A DNA stretch of 64,000 bases from Christensenellales bacterium (GTDB lineage Bacteria; Bacillota; Clostridia; Christensenellales; CAG-138), in contig JAXGNN010000001.1 of NCBI GenBank assembly GCA_040767925.1, forward strand, positions 1,088,921-1,152,920. Reading direction: 5' to 3'. Of the stretch, positions 1 through 8,554 are shown piece after piece. A program made the position numbers and the translations under genes. The notes under the pieces are model-generated. The model was given only the letters and a program-made list of their open reading frames with translations. It was not told where the DNA came from and made no database searches. Within the stretch, counting starts at the first letter, position 1. The number at the start of each line of letters is the position of its first letter.

Positions 1-194
1 CGTTCGACCCGGACGTTTTCATGTTCGCGCACACGGGCTGCAACGACGGCTTCATGAGCATGGCGTATTTCACCAACGACGGGCGCGGCTTCGCGCTGAT
101 GTTCAACTCCAACGAAGGACTCAACCTCTATTACGAAGTTCCCCGTGCGATCGCGCGGGAGTACGGCTACCCCATCCCGCCGGAAGCCATATAA
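1..194 (+). CDS. serine hydrolase / beta-lactamase-family protein, C-terminal end (5' part outside window)
   Basis: Frame 3 reads FDPDVFMFAHTGCNDGF...NSNEGLNLYYEVPRAIAREYGYPIPPEAI with stop TAA at 192-194. The HTG box resembles the KTG/HTG motif of class-C beta-lactamase-like esterases. Confidence 0.45.
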   Translation, partial: FDPDVFMFAHTGCNDGFMSMAYFTNDGRGFALMFNSNEGLNLYYEVPRAIAREYGYPIPPEAI

Positions 195-208
195 GGGAAA
201 GAGCGCAT

Positions 209-1807
209 ATGCTGGATATTCTCATTAAAAACGGCCTCGTCGCGGACGGCACGGGAAGGTCCGCATACCGGGCGGACGTCGCAATAAAGGATGGAAAAAT
301 CCTGCGCATCGCGCCTGTGATCAGCCTCGAAGCCGAAAAAACCATCGACGCGGCGGGCCTCGTCGTCGCGCCCGGGTTCATCGACTTCCACAGCCACGGG
401 GATATGTACGCCATATTCGGTTCCGACGGCTACAACCTCCTCGAGCAGGGCGTTACCACGGAGATCGCGGGGCATTGCGGGGATTCCGCCGCCCCTTCCC
501 GCCCCGGGCAGTACGACAAGCTGAAAAGCTTCCTCCCCCCGGAACTCGTGGACGCGGTGTCGGAAGCGACGCGGGATTTCGATGCGTTCGACGGCTTCAT
601 GACCAAGGCCCGGCTCGGCCCCAATATGGCGCTGTTCGTGGGCCATGGCAGCGTCCGCGGCCGCGTGATGGGCTTTAGCGGCGCGCGCCCTTCGCCGGAA
701 CAGATGGGAGAGATGAAGGATTGGGTCCAGCGAGCGATGGAATTCGGCTGCGTGGGGGTGTCCTCCGGCCTGATCTATCCGCCTTCCGTCTACGGGGGCC
801 AGCGGGAGCTCACGGAGCTGTGCAGCATCGTCGCGCAATACGGCGGGGTGTACGCCTCCCACATCCGGGGCGAGGGCGACACCGTCGTGGAGGCGGTGTC
901 GGAAGCCATCGCCATCGGCGAGGATAGCGGCTGCGACGTGATCATCTCCCACCATAAAATTTGCGGGAAGCACAACGAGGGCAAGTCTGAAACCACGCTC
1001 CGGCTGATCGAGGCGGCGAACGCAAGGGGAAAGATCGTCGTGCGCGCCGATCAGTATCCGTTCCTCGCGGGGCAGAGCGCGCTCGCGGCGGCGCTGCCGC
1101 CCGTTTTCGCGACGGAGGGCATCCCCGCGCTCGTAAAGCGCCTGAGCGACCCGGCCTTTCGCGCCGAGGTCACGGCGGAGCTGAAAAAACCATCCACCGG
1201 CAGCCTGATCAAAGAGAGCGGCTTCGACGGCGCGCTCGTATTGACCGCGCCCGCGGAGCCTGAACTCGTGGGCAAAACCATCGGAGAGATCGCGCGGGAG
1301 CGCGGGGCGGACGAATATGAGGTCATGTACGACATCATCGTGAAGAACAGCTTCGCGCCGTCCATGGCCTATTCCCACATCTGCGAATCCGACATGATGC
1401 GCATCCTCGCCAAACCCTACGTCATGGCAGGGGCGGATTCGGGCCACAACATCGAGCGTTTCGCGCGCGGCGCGCGCTGCGGCGCGCATCCGCGGGCCAT
1501 GAGCACGTTTCCCAAACACCTGCGCCTCGTGCGCGAGAACGGGCTCTTTCCCCTCGAAAAGGCCGTCGAGAGGATCACCGCCATGCCCGCGCGCGCCGCG
1601 CACCTCGCCGATACCGGAATGCTGCTCGAAGGATACCGCGCGGACGTCTGCGTTTTTGATTGGAACAACGTCGGAGAAACGAACGATTTCATCCACCCCT
1701 ATGCGAAAAACAAAGGCATCGGCTGGGTGATCGTCAACGGCGCAATCGCCGTGGAAAACGGGGATTATGACGGCGCGCGGCCAGGGAAGCTGCTCAAAAG
1801 GAGATAA
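209..1807 (+). CDS. N-acyl-D-amino-acid deacylase (D-aminoacylase), amidohydrolase superfamily
   Basis: 532 aa ORF. N-terminus MLDILIKNGLVADGTG..DVAIKDGKI and metal motif FIDFHSHGD are typical of D-aminoacylases. AAGGGAAAGAG lies upstream of the ATG. Confidence 0.75.
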   Translation: MLDILIKNGLVADGTGRSAYRADVAIKDGKILRIAPVISLEAEKTIDAAGLVVAPGFIDFHSHGDMYAIFGSDGYNLLEQGVTTEIAGHCGDSAAPSRPGQYDKLKSFLPPELVDAVSEATRDFDAFDGFMTKARLGPNMALFVGHGSVRGRVMGFSGARPSPEQMGEMKDWVQRAMEFGCVGVSSGLIYPPSVYGGQRELTELCSIVAQYGGVYASHIRGEGDTVVEAVSEAIAIGEDSGCDVIISHHKICGKHNEGKSETTLRLIEAANARGKIVVRADQYPFLAGQSALAAALPPVFATEGIPALVKRLSDPAFRAEVTAELKKPSTGSLIKESGFDGALVLTAPAEPELVGKTIGEIARERGADEYEVMYDIIVKNSFAPSMAYSHICESDMMRILAKPYVMAGADSGHNIERFARGARCGAHPRAMSTFPKHLRLVRENGLFPLEKAVERITAMPARAAHLADTGMLLEGYRADVCVFDWNNVGETNDFIHPYAKNKGIGWVIVNGAIAVENGDYDGARPGKLLKRR

Positions 1808-1810
1808 TCC

Positions 1811-4204
1811 ATGATCGACCACGGGAGGATATCCGCCATCGGGCCGACCGCGCGCGTTGAGCGCCTTCGCGCGGAACTGATCGCGTCCAAACCCATCCTT
1901 TGCAGCGAGAGGGCGCTGCTCGTCACGGAAAGCTACAGGCAGGCCGAGAGCGAGCCCGCGCCCATCCGGCGCGCGAAGGCGCTCGCCCACATCCTCGAAA
2001 ACATGACCCAGAACATATACGACGGGGAATTGATCGTGGGCAGCCACGGCAGCAACGGCAGGCGCTCCGCCCCCGTGTTCCCCGAGTATGCCATCGACTG
2101 GCTCATGGAGGAACTGGACGAAACGCTCGAAACGCGGCCGCAAGACACATTCGTCGTGCCCGCGCAGGTGAAGGCCGACCTGCACGCCGTCGCGCCGTAC
2201 TGGCGCGGCCGCACGGTGCACGAAAAATACCGCGCGCTGCTGCCCGGGGACGCCAGGCGCGCGCGGGACGCGTATCTGTTCACGCGCGACCTCTTCGAAC
2301 GCAGCGGTTACGGCCACACCTGCTATCAGATGGAAAAGCTGCTCAAGGCGGGCATCCGAGGGCTTCGCGAGGAAGTCAAAGGGAAGCTCGCCGGGCTTTG
2401 CCCGCTGACGGCGGAAGATATGGAAAGGCGGCTCTTTTACGAGGGGCTTTTGATCTGCTTCGACGCGGTGACGGCCTACGCGCGAAGATACGCGGACAAG
2501 GCCACTTCCTTGGCCGAAACGGAAGCCGACCCCAAACGCCGCGCGGAGCTCGGGAAAATCGCCTCCGTATGCCGCGGCGTGCCCGAGAATCCGGCGATGG
2601 ACATCTGGGAGGCCATGCAAGCCGTCGCCTTCATGCAGCTCATCATCCAGACCGAAACGAGCGGGGATTCCGTCTCGCCCGGCCGCATGGACCAATATCT
2701 CTATCCCTTCTATCAGAAGGATAGGGCGGACGGAACATATGCCGACGAACAGATACAGGAGCTTCTCGACTGCCTGTGGATCAAGTTTAACGAGATCATC
2801 AAGGTGCAGGACAGCGAGTCCATCCGCATCCACCCCGGCTTCCCGATGACGCCGAACGTCGCGGCGGGCGGGCAGACCGCAGACGGGAAAGACGCGGTCA
2901 ACGAGCTGAGCTTTATGATGCTCAACGCGCAATCGCACATCCGCCTCACCTGCCCGCAATTCACGGCGCGCTTTTTTGAAGGGACCCCCGAAGCATTCAA
3001 GCTGCGCGCGGCCGAGGTCATCAGCCTCGGCACGGGCATGCCGGCCCTGTTCGGCGACAAGGGCTGCATCGCGGCGATCGAACGGACGCTGCCGGAGCTC
3101 CCGGCGGAAAACGCAAGGGATTTTTCCATCGTCGGCTGTGTGGAGCTCGCGCCGAAGGGCTTTCAGGGCAGGGTCAACGGCGGACTTCTCAACGTGGCGC
3201 GCGTGGTTGATCTCGCGATCAACCGGGGAATCGACCGGCTGACGGGCGAAAGGCTCGGCGTTGATACCGGGATTCCCAACACATACGCGGAGCTGATGGG
3301 GGCCGTCGCGCGCCAGATGGAGCGCATCGTTTCGCTCCAGGTGCAAAACGCGCTCGCGGTGGATATGGCGCAGCGTGAGAATACGCCGCACCTGCTGCTC
3401 TCCAGCCTCATAGACGGCTGCATCGAATCGGGCAGGGATATGACGGCGGGCGGCTCGAGGTATGGCGCGACGCCCATCCTTTACGCGGGCCTCGCAACGG
3501 CGGCGGACTCCATCTGCGCGATCAAGAAATGCGTATTCGACGAGAAAGCCTTCTCGCTCAAGGAAGTGAACCGCGCGCTGGACGCAGATTTCGCCGGTTT
3601 CGCGGACATCCGGAAAAAACTCCTCGCCGCGCCCAAATACGGCGCGGGCGATCCCTACGCCGACGCCGTCATGCGCGAATTGACCGACCTGTTCTTCGGG
3701 ATCGTGGAGCGGCGCAGGGATATCGACAACAGGCCTTACACCTCCATGGTGCTCACGCTCGGCGGCACGGTGCCGCACGGCTGGAAAACCGGCGCGACCG
3801 CGGACGGGAGAAAGGCGAAGACGCCCGTTTCCGATTCCATGTCGCCCTCCAACCTCGCGCGCGGCACCAGCCCCACGGGCACGCTGCTCTCCGCCTCGCG
3901 GATCGATCAGACCCACATACTCGAAGGCAACGTGGTGAATCTGAAGTTCAGCCGCGGCGTGCTGTCCTCTCCCGAATCCCGGAAGAAGTTTGTGGATCTG
4001 GCGAATGTATACTTCGAGCGCCTCGGAGGCCAGGAACTGCAGGTCAACATGGCCGACGCGGCGATGCTGCGCGACGCGCAGGCGCATCCCGAAAACTATG
4101 CGGACCTGATCATTCGCGTGGCGGGCTACAGCGCGCGTTTCGTCGAGCTCGACCGGGAACTGCAGGACGACATCATCGCCCGCGCGGAGTACGCGGCCGT
4201 ATGA
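1811..4204 (+). CDS. glycyl radical enzyme, PFL2/dehydratase-lyase class, substrate unknown
   Basis: 797 aa. C-terminal glycine loop RVAGYSARF, Cys loop FSIVGCVELAP (GCVE type, not the PFL CC type). Strong RBS AAAGGAG. Confidence 0.9.
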   Translation: MIDHGRISAIGPTARVERLRAELIASKPILCSERALLVTESYRQAESEPAPIRRAKALAHILENMTQNIYDGELIVGSHGSNGRRSAPVFPEYAIDWLMEELDETLETRPQDTFVVPAQVKADLHAVAPYWRGRTVHEKYRALLPGDARRARDAYLFTRDLFERSGYGHTCYQMEKLLKAGIRGLREEVKGKLAGLCPLTAEDMERRLFYEGLLICFDAVTAYARRYADKATSLAETEADPKRRAELGKIASVCRGVPENPAMDIWEAMQAVAFMQLIIQTETSGDSVSPGRMDQYLYPFYQKDRADGTYADEQIQELLDCLWIKFNEIIKVQDSESIRIHPGFPMTPNVAAGGQTADGKDAVNELSFMMLNAQSHIRLTCPQFTARFFEGTPEAFKLRAAEVISLGTGMPALFGDKGCIAAIERTLPELPAENARDFSIVGCVELAPKGFQGRVNGGLLNVARVVDLAINRGIDRLTGERLGVDTGIPNTYAELMGAVARQMERIVSLQVQNALAVDMAQRENTPHLLLSSLIDGCIESGRDMTAGGSRYGATPILYAGLATAADSICAIKKCVFDEKAFSLKEVNRALDADFAGFADIRKKLLAAPKYGAGDPYADAVMRELTDLFFGIVERRRDIDNRPYTSMVLTLGGTVPHGWKTGATADGRKAKTPVSDSMSPSNLARGTSPTGTLLSASRIDQTHILEGNVVNLKFSRGVLSSPESRKKFVDLANVYFERLGGQELQVNMADAAMLRDAQAHPENYADLIIRVAGYSARFVELDRELQDDIIARAEYAAV

Positions 4205-4953
4205 TATTCGATATCCAGCGCTACTGCCTGCACGACGGGCCGGGCATCCGCACCGCGGTGTTCTTCAAGGGCTGCCCGCTCCAATGCGCGTGGTGCTCGA
4301 ATCCGGAATCCCAAAGCGCGCTCCCCGAGCTTCTGGGGGAGGCCCTGTGCGGAACGGACATGACGGCGCAGGAAATCGCGAAGGCCGCGCTCGCCGACAA
4401 GCCCTTTTACGACGGCTCGGGCGGCGGCGTGACCTTTACCGGCGGCGAGCCCATATCGCAGGCGGAATTGTGCGAAAAGAGCGCCCGCCTGTTGCTTGCC
4501 CAAGGCGTGGACCTCGCGCTGGAAACATGCGGATATGCTCCGTGGGAAGATCTCGAACGCGTGGCGCATCTCTGCCGCACGGTGTGTTTCGACATCAAGG
4601 CCGCGGACGGGGAATCGCACAGGCAGGCGACGGGCGCGGACAACCGCGTCATCCTCGAAAACTTCGCGCGGCTCGCCGCCGCGCATGCGGGCGTCGTCGT
4701 GCGCACGCCGCTCATACCGGACTTCAACATGGACGAAGGCTCCATTGAAGCCATATGGAGTTTGTCCTCATCCGCGGGGATCAAGGAGATGGAGTTGCTC
4801 CCGTATCACGCGCTGGGCGTTCATAAATATGAGCTTCTCGGAAGGCCCGCGCCTCAAATACGGCCTGTCAGGGAAAAGGAGCTGGATGCGATCTCCCGGA
4901 TCGCGCAACGGCTCTCCGAGAAAGGCACTGTGAAAATCACGATCATTCGATAG
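4201..4953 (+). CDS. glycyl-radical enzyme activating enzyme (radical SAM)
   Basis: MIFDIQRYCLHDGPGIRTAVFFKGCPLQCAWCSNPES contains the CX3CX2C radical-SAM motif. Its ATG overlaps the GRE stop (ATGA). The track ORF 3529-4953 is an upstream extension inside the GRE gene. 250 aa, with no ferredoxin-like CX2CX2CX3C insert visible. Confidence 0.9.
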   Translation: MIFDIQRYCLHDGPGIRTAVFFKGCPLQCAWCSNPESQSALPELLGEALCGTDMTAQEIAKAALADKPFYDGSGGGVTFTGGEPISQAELCEKSARLLLAQGVDLALETCGYAPWEDLERVAHLCRTVCFDIKAADGESHRQATGADNRVILENFARLAAAHAGVVVRTPLIPDFNMDEGSIEAIWSLSSSAGIKEMELLPYHALGVHKYELLGRPAPQIRPVREKELDAISRIAQRLSEKGTVKITIIR

Positions 4954-4963
4954 GAGAACGGCT

Positions 4964-6070
4964 ATGGATGAACTCAAAAAATACGCTGGGATATTGGCCG
5001 GGTACTCGTGCGACGTAAAGCCCGGCGAAAACGTCATGGTGCTCGCGGAGGGCGGCGAGGCGAAGCCGCTGGTGATCGAGCTTGTGAAGGAGATCTACCG
5101 CAGGGGCGCGAACCCCTTCGCGGAGCTCGTGGATGCGGACATCCAGAGGGAACTGCTGCTCGGGTGCAACGCGGGGCAGATGGGCGTTTTCGGGGATTAC
5201 AGCCTAGAAAAGCTCAAGAGGATGCATGCGCTCATCGTCATATCGGCGCTGGATAATCCCTATCAATACGCGGACGTTCCGCTCGGGAACATGCAGCATT
5301 ACAACTACAATTTCATGCAGCGCTGCTTCTTCGGATACGGGGTTTCCAACACCAAGTGGACTTACGTTAAGTACCCCACGCGGGCCATGGCGCAGCTGTT
5401 CGGCCAGAGCTTAGAAGAGTTCTCAAAATACTACTACGCGGTGTGTACAATGGATTACGCGCGCATGTCCAGGCTGATGGACAGGCTTGCCGCGCTGTTC
5501 GAGAGGACGGATCGCGTCCGGATCGTCGGGAAAGGAACGGACATCAGCTTCTCCATCAAGGGCATTCCGGCGCAAAAATCGGACGGCAGAAACGGCCTTC
5601 CCGACGGCGAGGTGTTCACCGCGCCCGTAAGGGATTCCGCGAACGGAACTGTAAGCTTCAACTGCCCGGTGTATTTCCGGGGCACGCTGTTTGAAAACAT
5701 CCGCCTTCGCTTTGAGAACGGGCGCGTCGTGGAGGCGTCTGCCAACAAAACCGAAAAGCTCAACCGGATACTCGAACTGGACGAGGCCGCCAAATACCTT
5801 GGGGAGTTCGCCATTGCCGTCAACAATCGCATTACGAAACCCATGAAGGACATCCTGTTCGACGAGAAGATCGGCGGGAGCTTCCACTTCGCGCTGGGCA
5901 ACTCCTACCCCATGACGGACAACGGCAACCATTCCGCCATCCATATGGATATCGTCAACATACAGACGCCAGAATACGGCGGCGGCGAGATCTATTTCGA
6001 CGGCGCGCTGATCCGCAAGGACGGCAAGTTCCTGCCCGCCGAACTCAAGGAACTCGACGAGCTGGTCTAG
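4964..6070 (+). CDS. aminopeptidase, M29 (AmpS/PepS) family
   Basis: 368 aa. The N-terminus MDELKKYAGILAGYSCDVKPGENVMV and overall pattern are typical of thermophilic-metalloprotease M29 aminopeptidases. Confidence 0.7.
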   Translation: MDELKKYAGILAGYSCDVKPGENVMVLAEGGEAKPLVIELVKEIYRRGANPFAELVDADIQRELLLGCNAGQMGVFGDYSLEKLKRMHALIVISALDNPYQYADVPLGNMQHYNYNFMQRCFFGYGVSNTKWTYVKYPTRAMAQLFGQSLEEFSKYYYAVCTMDYARMSRLMDRLAALFERTDRVRIVGKGTDISFSIKGIPAQKSDGRNGLPDGEVFTAPVRDSANGTVSFNCPVYFRGTLFENIRLRFENGRVVEASANKTEKLNRILELDEAAKYLGEFAIAVNNRITKPMKDILFDEKIGGSFHFALGNSYPMTDNGNHSAIHMDIVNIQTPEYGGGEIYFDGALIRKDGKFLPAELKELDELV

Positions 6071-6089
6071 GCGCGGGCAATCGCGGTAT

Positions 6090-7241
6090 ATGGAGCTGAA
6101 ATACTACAATTCCTATCTGGAGGTCGATCTCGACGTCATCCGAGAAAACCTCCGGAAAGCCCAAAGGCACCTCGGCCCGGCGGGCATCATACCCGTGTGC
6201 AAGGGGGATGCGTTGGGTATGGGCGCCGTGCCCGTCGCGCGCGTGCTGCGCGATGAATTCGGCTTCCGGCTCATCGCGGTGGCGCAGATGTGCGAGGCAA
6301 TCCGCCTGAGGGAAGCGGGATTCACCGACGTCGGCATCCTGGTCATGGGCGGTGTTCCCGCCCATGCCCTGCCCTATGCCGTATCCTGCGACATACAGAC
6401 GGCGGCCTTCCGGCCCGAAGCCGTGCGCGCGCTCGACGAATTGGCAATTGCGGCCGGAAAAACGGCCCGCGTGCACGTCAAGCTTGAAACCGGGCTCAAC
6501 AGGATCGGCGCGCGTCCCGGGAAGGAGTTGGATCGGCTCCTTGCGGCGCTCCGGGCGGCGAAGCGCGTGCATGTCGCGGGCGTATTCACGCAGTATTCCG
6601 CATGCGCGGCGAACGGCGATCCGTTCACATATGAGCAATACGGCCGCTTCAAACAGGGCGTGGACCAGCTCCGCGCCGGCGGATTTGACCCGCAATACGT
6701 TCACTCGTGCAGCACGGGCGCAGCGGTATGGTTCCGCGAGGGACAGGCCGATGCCGCGTACTGCACCCACGTGCGCTTCGGCTCCCTCTACTTCGGGCAG
6801 GGACAATTGGCGGACGGCAACAATCCTCTCGGCGTGGACGAACCGGAATCGTGGAGAGCTTTCGTCACAAACGTGCATGATATCCGCGCAGGCGAATCGG
6901 TCGGCTACGGGCGGCATTTCATCGCCCCGGAGGACATGCGCGTCGCGACCATCAGCATAGGCTATGCGGATGGCCTGATCAGAGCGCTCGCCATGGAACA
7001 GGGCGCCGTGCTGGTCAACAACGCAAAAACAAGGTACCTTGCGACGTGCATGGACCAAACGTTCGTCGACGTCACCGGCATCGGCTGCGCCATCGGGGAC
7101 GAGGCCACGATATTCGGCCGGGATCGGACGGGAACGGCGCGTCTCTCCCTGCTCGAGCTGGAAAAGCATACGGGCCAAGCGGTAGGGTATATTATGAGCA
7201 GCGTGGGCAGCCGCGTGCTGCGCGTATATAAAAATCAATAG
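6090..7241 (+). CDS. alr: alanine racemase family PLP enzyme (amino-acid racemase)
   Basis: 383 aa. PLP-lysine region IIPVCKGDALGMGA, C-terminal ISIGYADG and DQTFVDVT motifs typical of Alr. Confidence 0.75.
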   Translation: MELKYYNSYLEVDLDVIRENLRKAQRHLGPAGIIPVCKGDALGMGAVPVARVLRDEFGFRLIAVAQMCEAIRLREAGFTDVGILVMGGVPAHALPYAVSCDIQTAAFRPEAVRALDELAIAAGKTARVHVKLETGLNRIGARPGKELDRLLAALRAAKRVHVAGVFTQYSACAANGDPFTYEQYGRFKQGVDQLRAGGFDPQYVHSCSTGAAVWFREGQADAAYCTHVRFGSLYFGQGQLADGNNPLGVDEPESWRAFVTNVHDIRAGESVGYGRHFIAPEDMRVATISIGYADGLIRALAMEQGAVLVNNAKTRYLATCMDQTFVDVTGIGCAIGDEATIFGRDRTGTARLSLLELEKHTGQAVGYIMSSVGSRVLRVYKNQ

Positions 7242-7258
7242 CGCATACAGCAAAAGCC

Positions 7259-7280
7259 CGCCGTCGATATGAACGGCGGA
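7259..7280. terminator. hairpin between convergent alr and tetR genes
   Basis: CCGCCGT (7259-7265) pairs with ACGGCGG (7274-7280), 8-nt loop, followed by CTTTCTT. Confidence 0.4.
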
Positions 7281-7295
7281 CTTTCTTGCACCGCT

Positions 7296-7937
7296 TTACT
7301 CCGTAAGAAGCCGATACACCGCCCTCGTCGCGAGGGTCAGCATCTTTTGCAGATGATCCAGTTTTTCCGCGTTCACAAAGGGGATCGTCCTGAGGAAATA
7401 ACTCAGATACGTACCCCGGAGCGCGCCGGAAATCAGCTCGTACATTTCTTCAGCGGGGCGGTCAACCGTGACGGTTCCGTCCGCCCTGCCTTTTTCGTAA
7501 GCGGCGAGAAAATACGGGCGGATGATGGAGTCGATGCTTTCGTAGAGCCGCTCGACTTTGCCGCCCAAGGGTTCGTGTCGGAGCAGATAGATGTTGTAAT
7601 CCACGAACAGGGCGTAGAACGTCGGATCGTCCTTGGTGGCGTGCGCGTAGGAGTCGAGTATGGCCCTGAGCTGCTCCGCGCCGGAAAGCCGGCCGTAGCT
7701 TTCGGTGAAGATATTCGCCCTGTAATCCTCGGATACGGCTTCCACGAGATCGTGGAAGAGCCTGCTCGCGATATCGCACTTGGATTCGAAATGCTTGTAT
7801 ATGGATACCTTGCTCACGCCGGACGCGGCGGCGATTTCATTCATGGTCGTCGCCTCGATGCCCTTTTCAAAGAACAATCTGGCTGAAGCCTCAAGCACCC
7901 GGTTTAGGTTCTGCCGTTTGATCTCTTCGTTCTTCAT
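7296..7937 (-). CDS. TetR/AcrR family transcriptional regulator
   Basis: 213 aa. N-terminal HTH FFEKGIEATTMNEIAAASGVSKVSIYKHFESK. Confidence 0.85.
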   Translation of the reverse strand: MKNEEIKRQNLNRVLEASARLFFEKGIEATTMNEIAAASGVSKVSIYKHFESKCDIASRLFHDLVEAVSEDYRANIFTESYGRLSGAEQLRAILDSYAHATKDDPTFYALFVDYNIYLLRHEPLGGKVERLYESIDSIIRPYFLAAYEKGRADGTVTVDRPAEEMYELISGALRGTYLSYFLRTIPFVNAEKLDHLQKMLTLATRAVYRLLTE

Positions 7938-8164
7938 CTATCTGCGCCAAGCCTTTCATTTCGCTTTACCGGCGGTTAATGCATTCGATAATTATCATAC
8001 AATCTCCGGGAGTAAGTGTCAACGAATTGAACGACGGCCATAGGCCGCTTACGCTGAAACGCTTTGCGCGGCATCCTTATACCACGGGCGGAGGGTATGG
8101 GATGTGGCTGCCCGTGGAATGCAGCAGATCGAAATCTATCACGCTTTGCCTAAGAATGCATTGA

Positions 8165-8467
8165 CTCACCAACGAGGAAGCTATCACGCAGATAGTGGAG
8201 GATAATACCAATCAGCGTGAAAATATCCTGCCGAGCGAACGGGCCAAAGCTTTGCAAATGCAGTTGGAAGCTATCAAAAAGCAAGGGGCGCGAACCGGCG
8301 ACGCTCAACGCTACAATGAGATTGTAGCCGAGCGCAATAAAATGACCGTCAGGCAGGTGCAACGGTATATCAAGCTCAACGGTTTTATGCCCACCCTTAT
8401 CAAGATGGTGGACGAAAAGAAAATCTCGTTCACTCCCGCCGCGGAAATGTCGTATATTACGCCCTAG
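8165..8467 (+). pseudogene. ParB/Spo0J-like partition protein fragment (central HTH part only)
   Basis: Reads ..EEAITQIVEDNTNQRENILPSERAKAL...MTVRQVQRYIKLNGFMPTLIKMVDEKKISFTPAAEMSYI. An in-frame TGA lies at 8162 and there is no ATG. It lacks the N-terminal ParB box and the C-terminal domain. Confidence 0.5.
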
Positions 8468-8554
8468 GGGTTCTTTAAGAGACCGAACCGGAAACAGCGT
8501 TCGGTTCCGGTTCGATATTGCGCAGGGAAAAGCTGTTTTCCGTCTGGCTCAGCC

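Noticed and set aside
167-4087. 1306-aa ORF on the minus strand spanning the D-aminoacylase and GRE genes.
   Set aside because: - It is antisense to two genes with clear family motifs.
- Its composition is Arg/Ala/Gly/His-rich and low in complexity, typical of shadow ORFs in high-GC DNA.
- It has no RBS and no recognisable domains.
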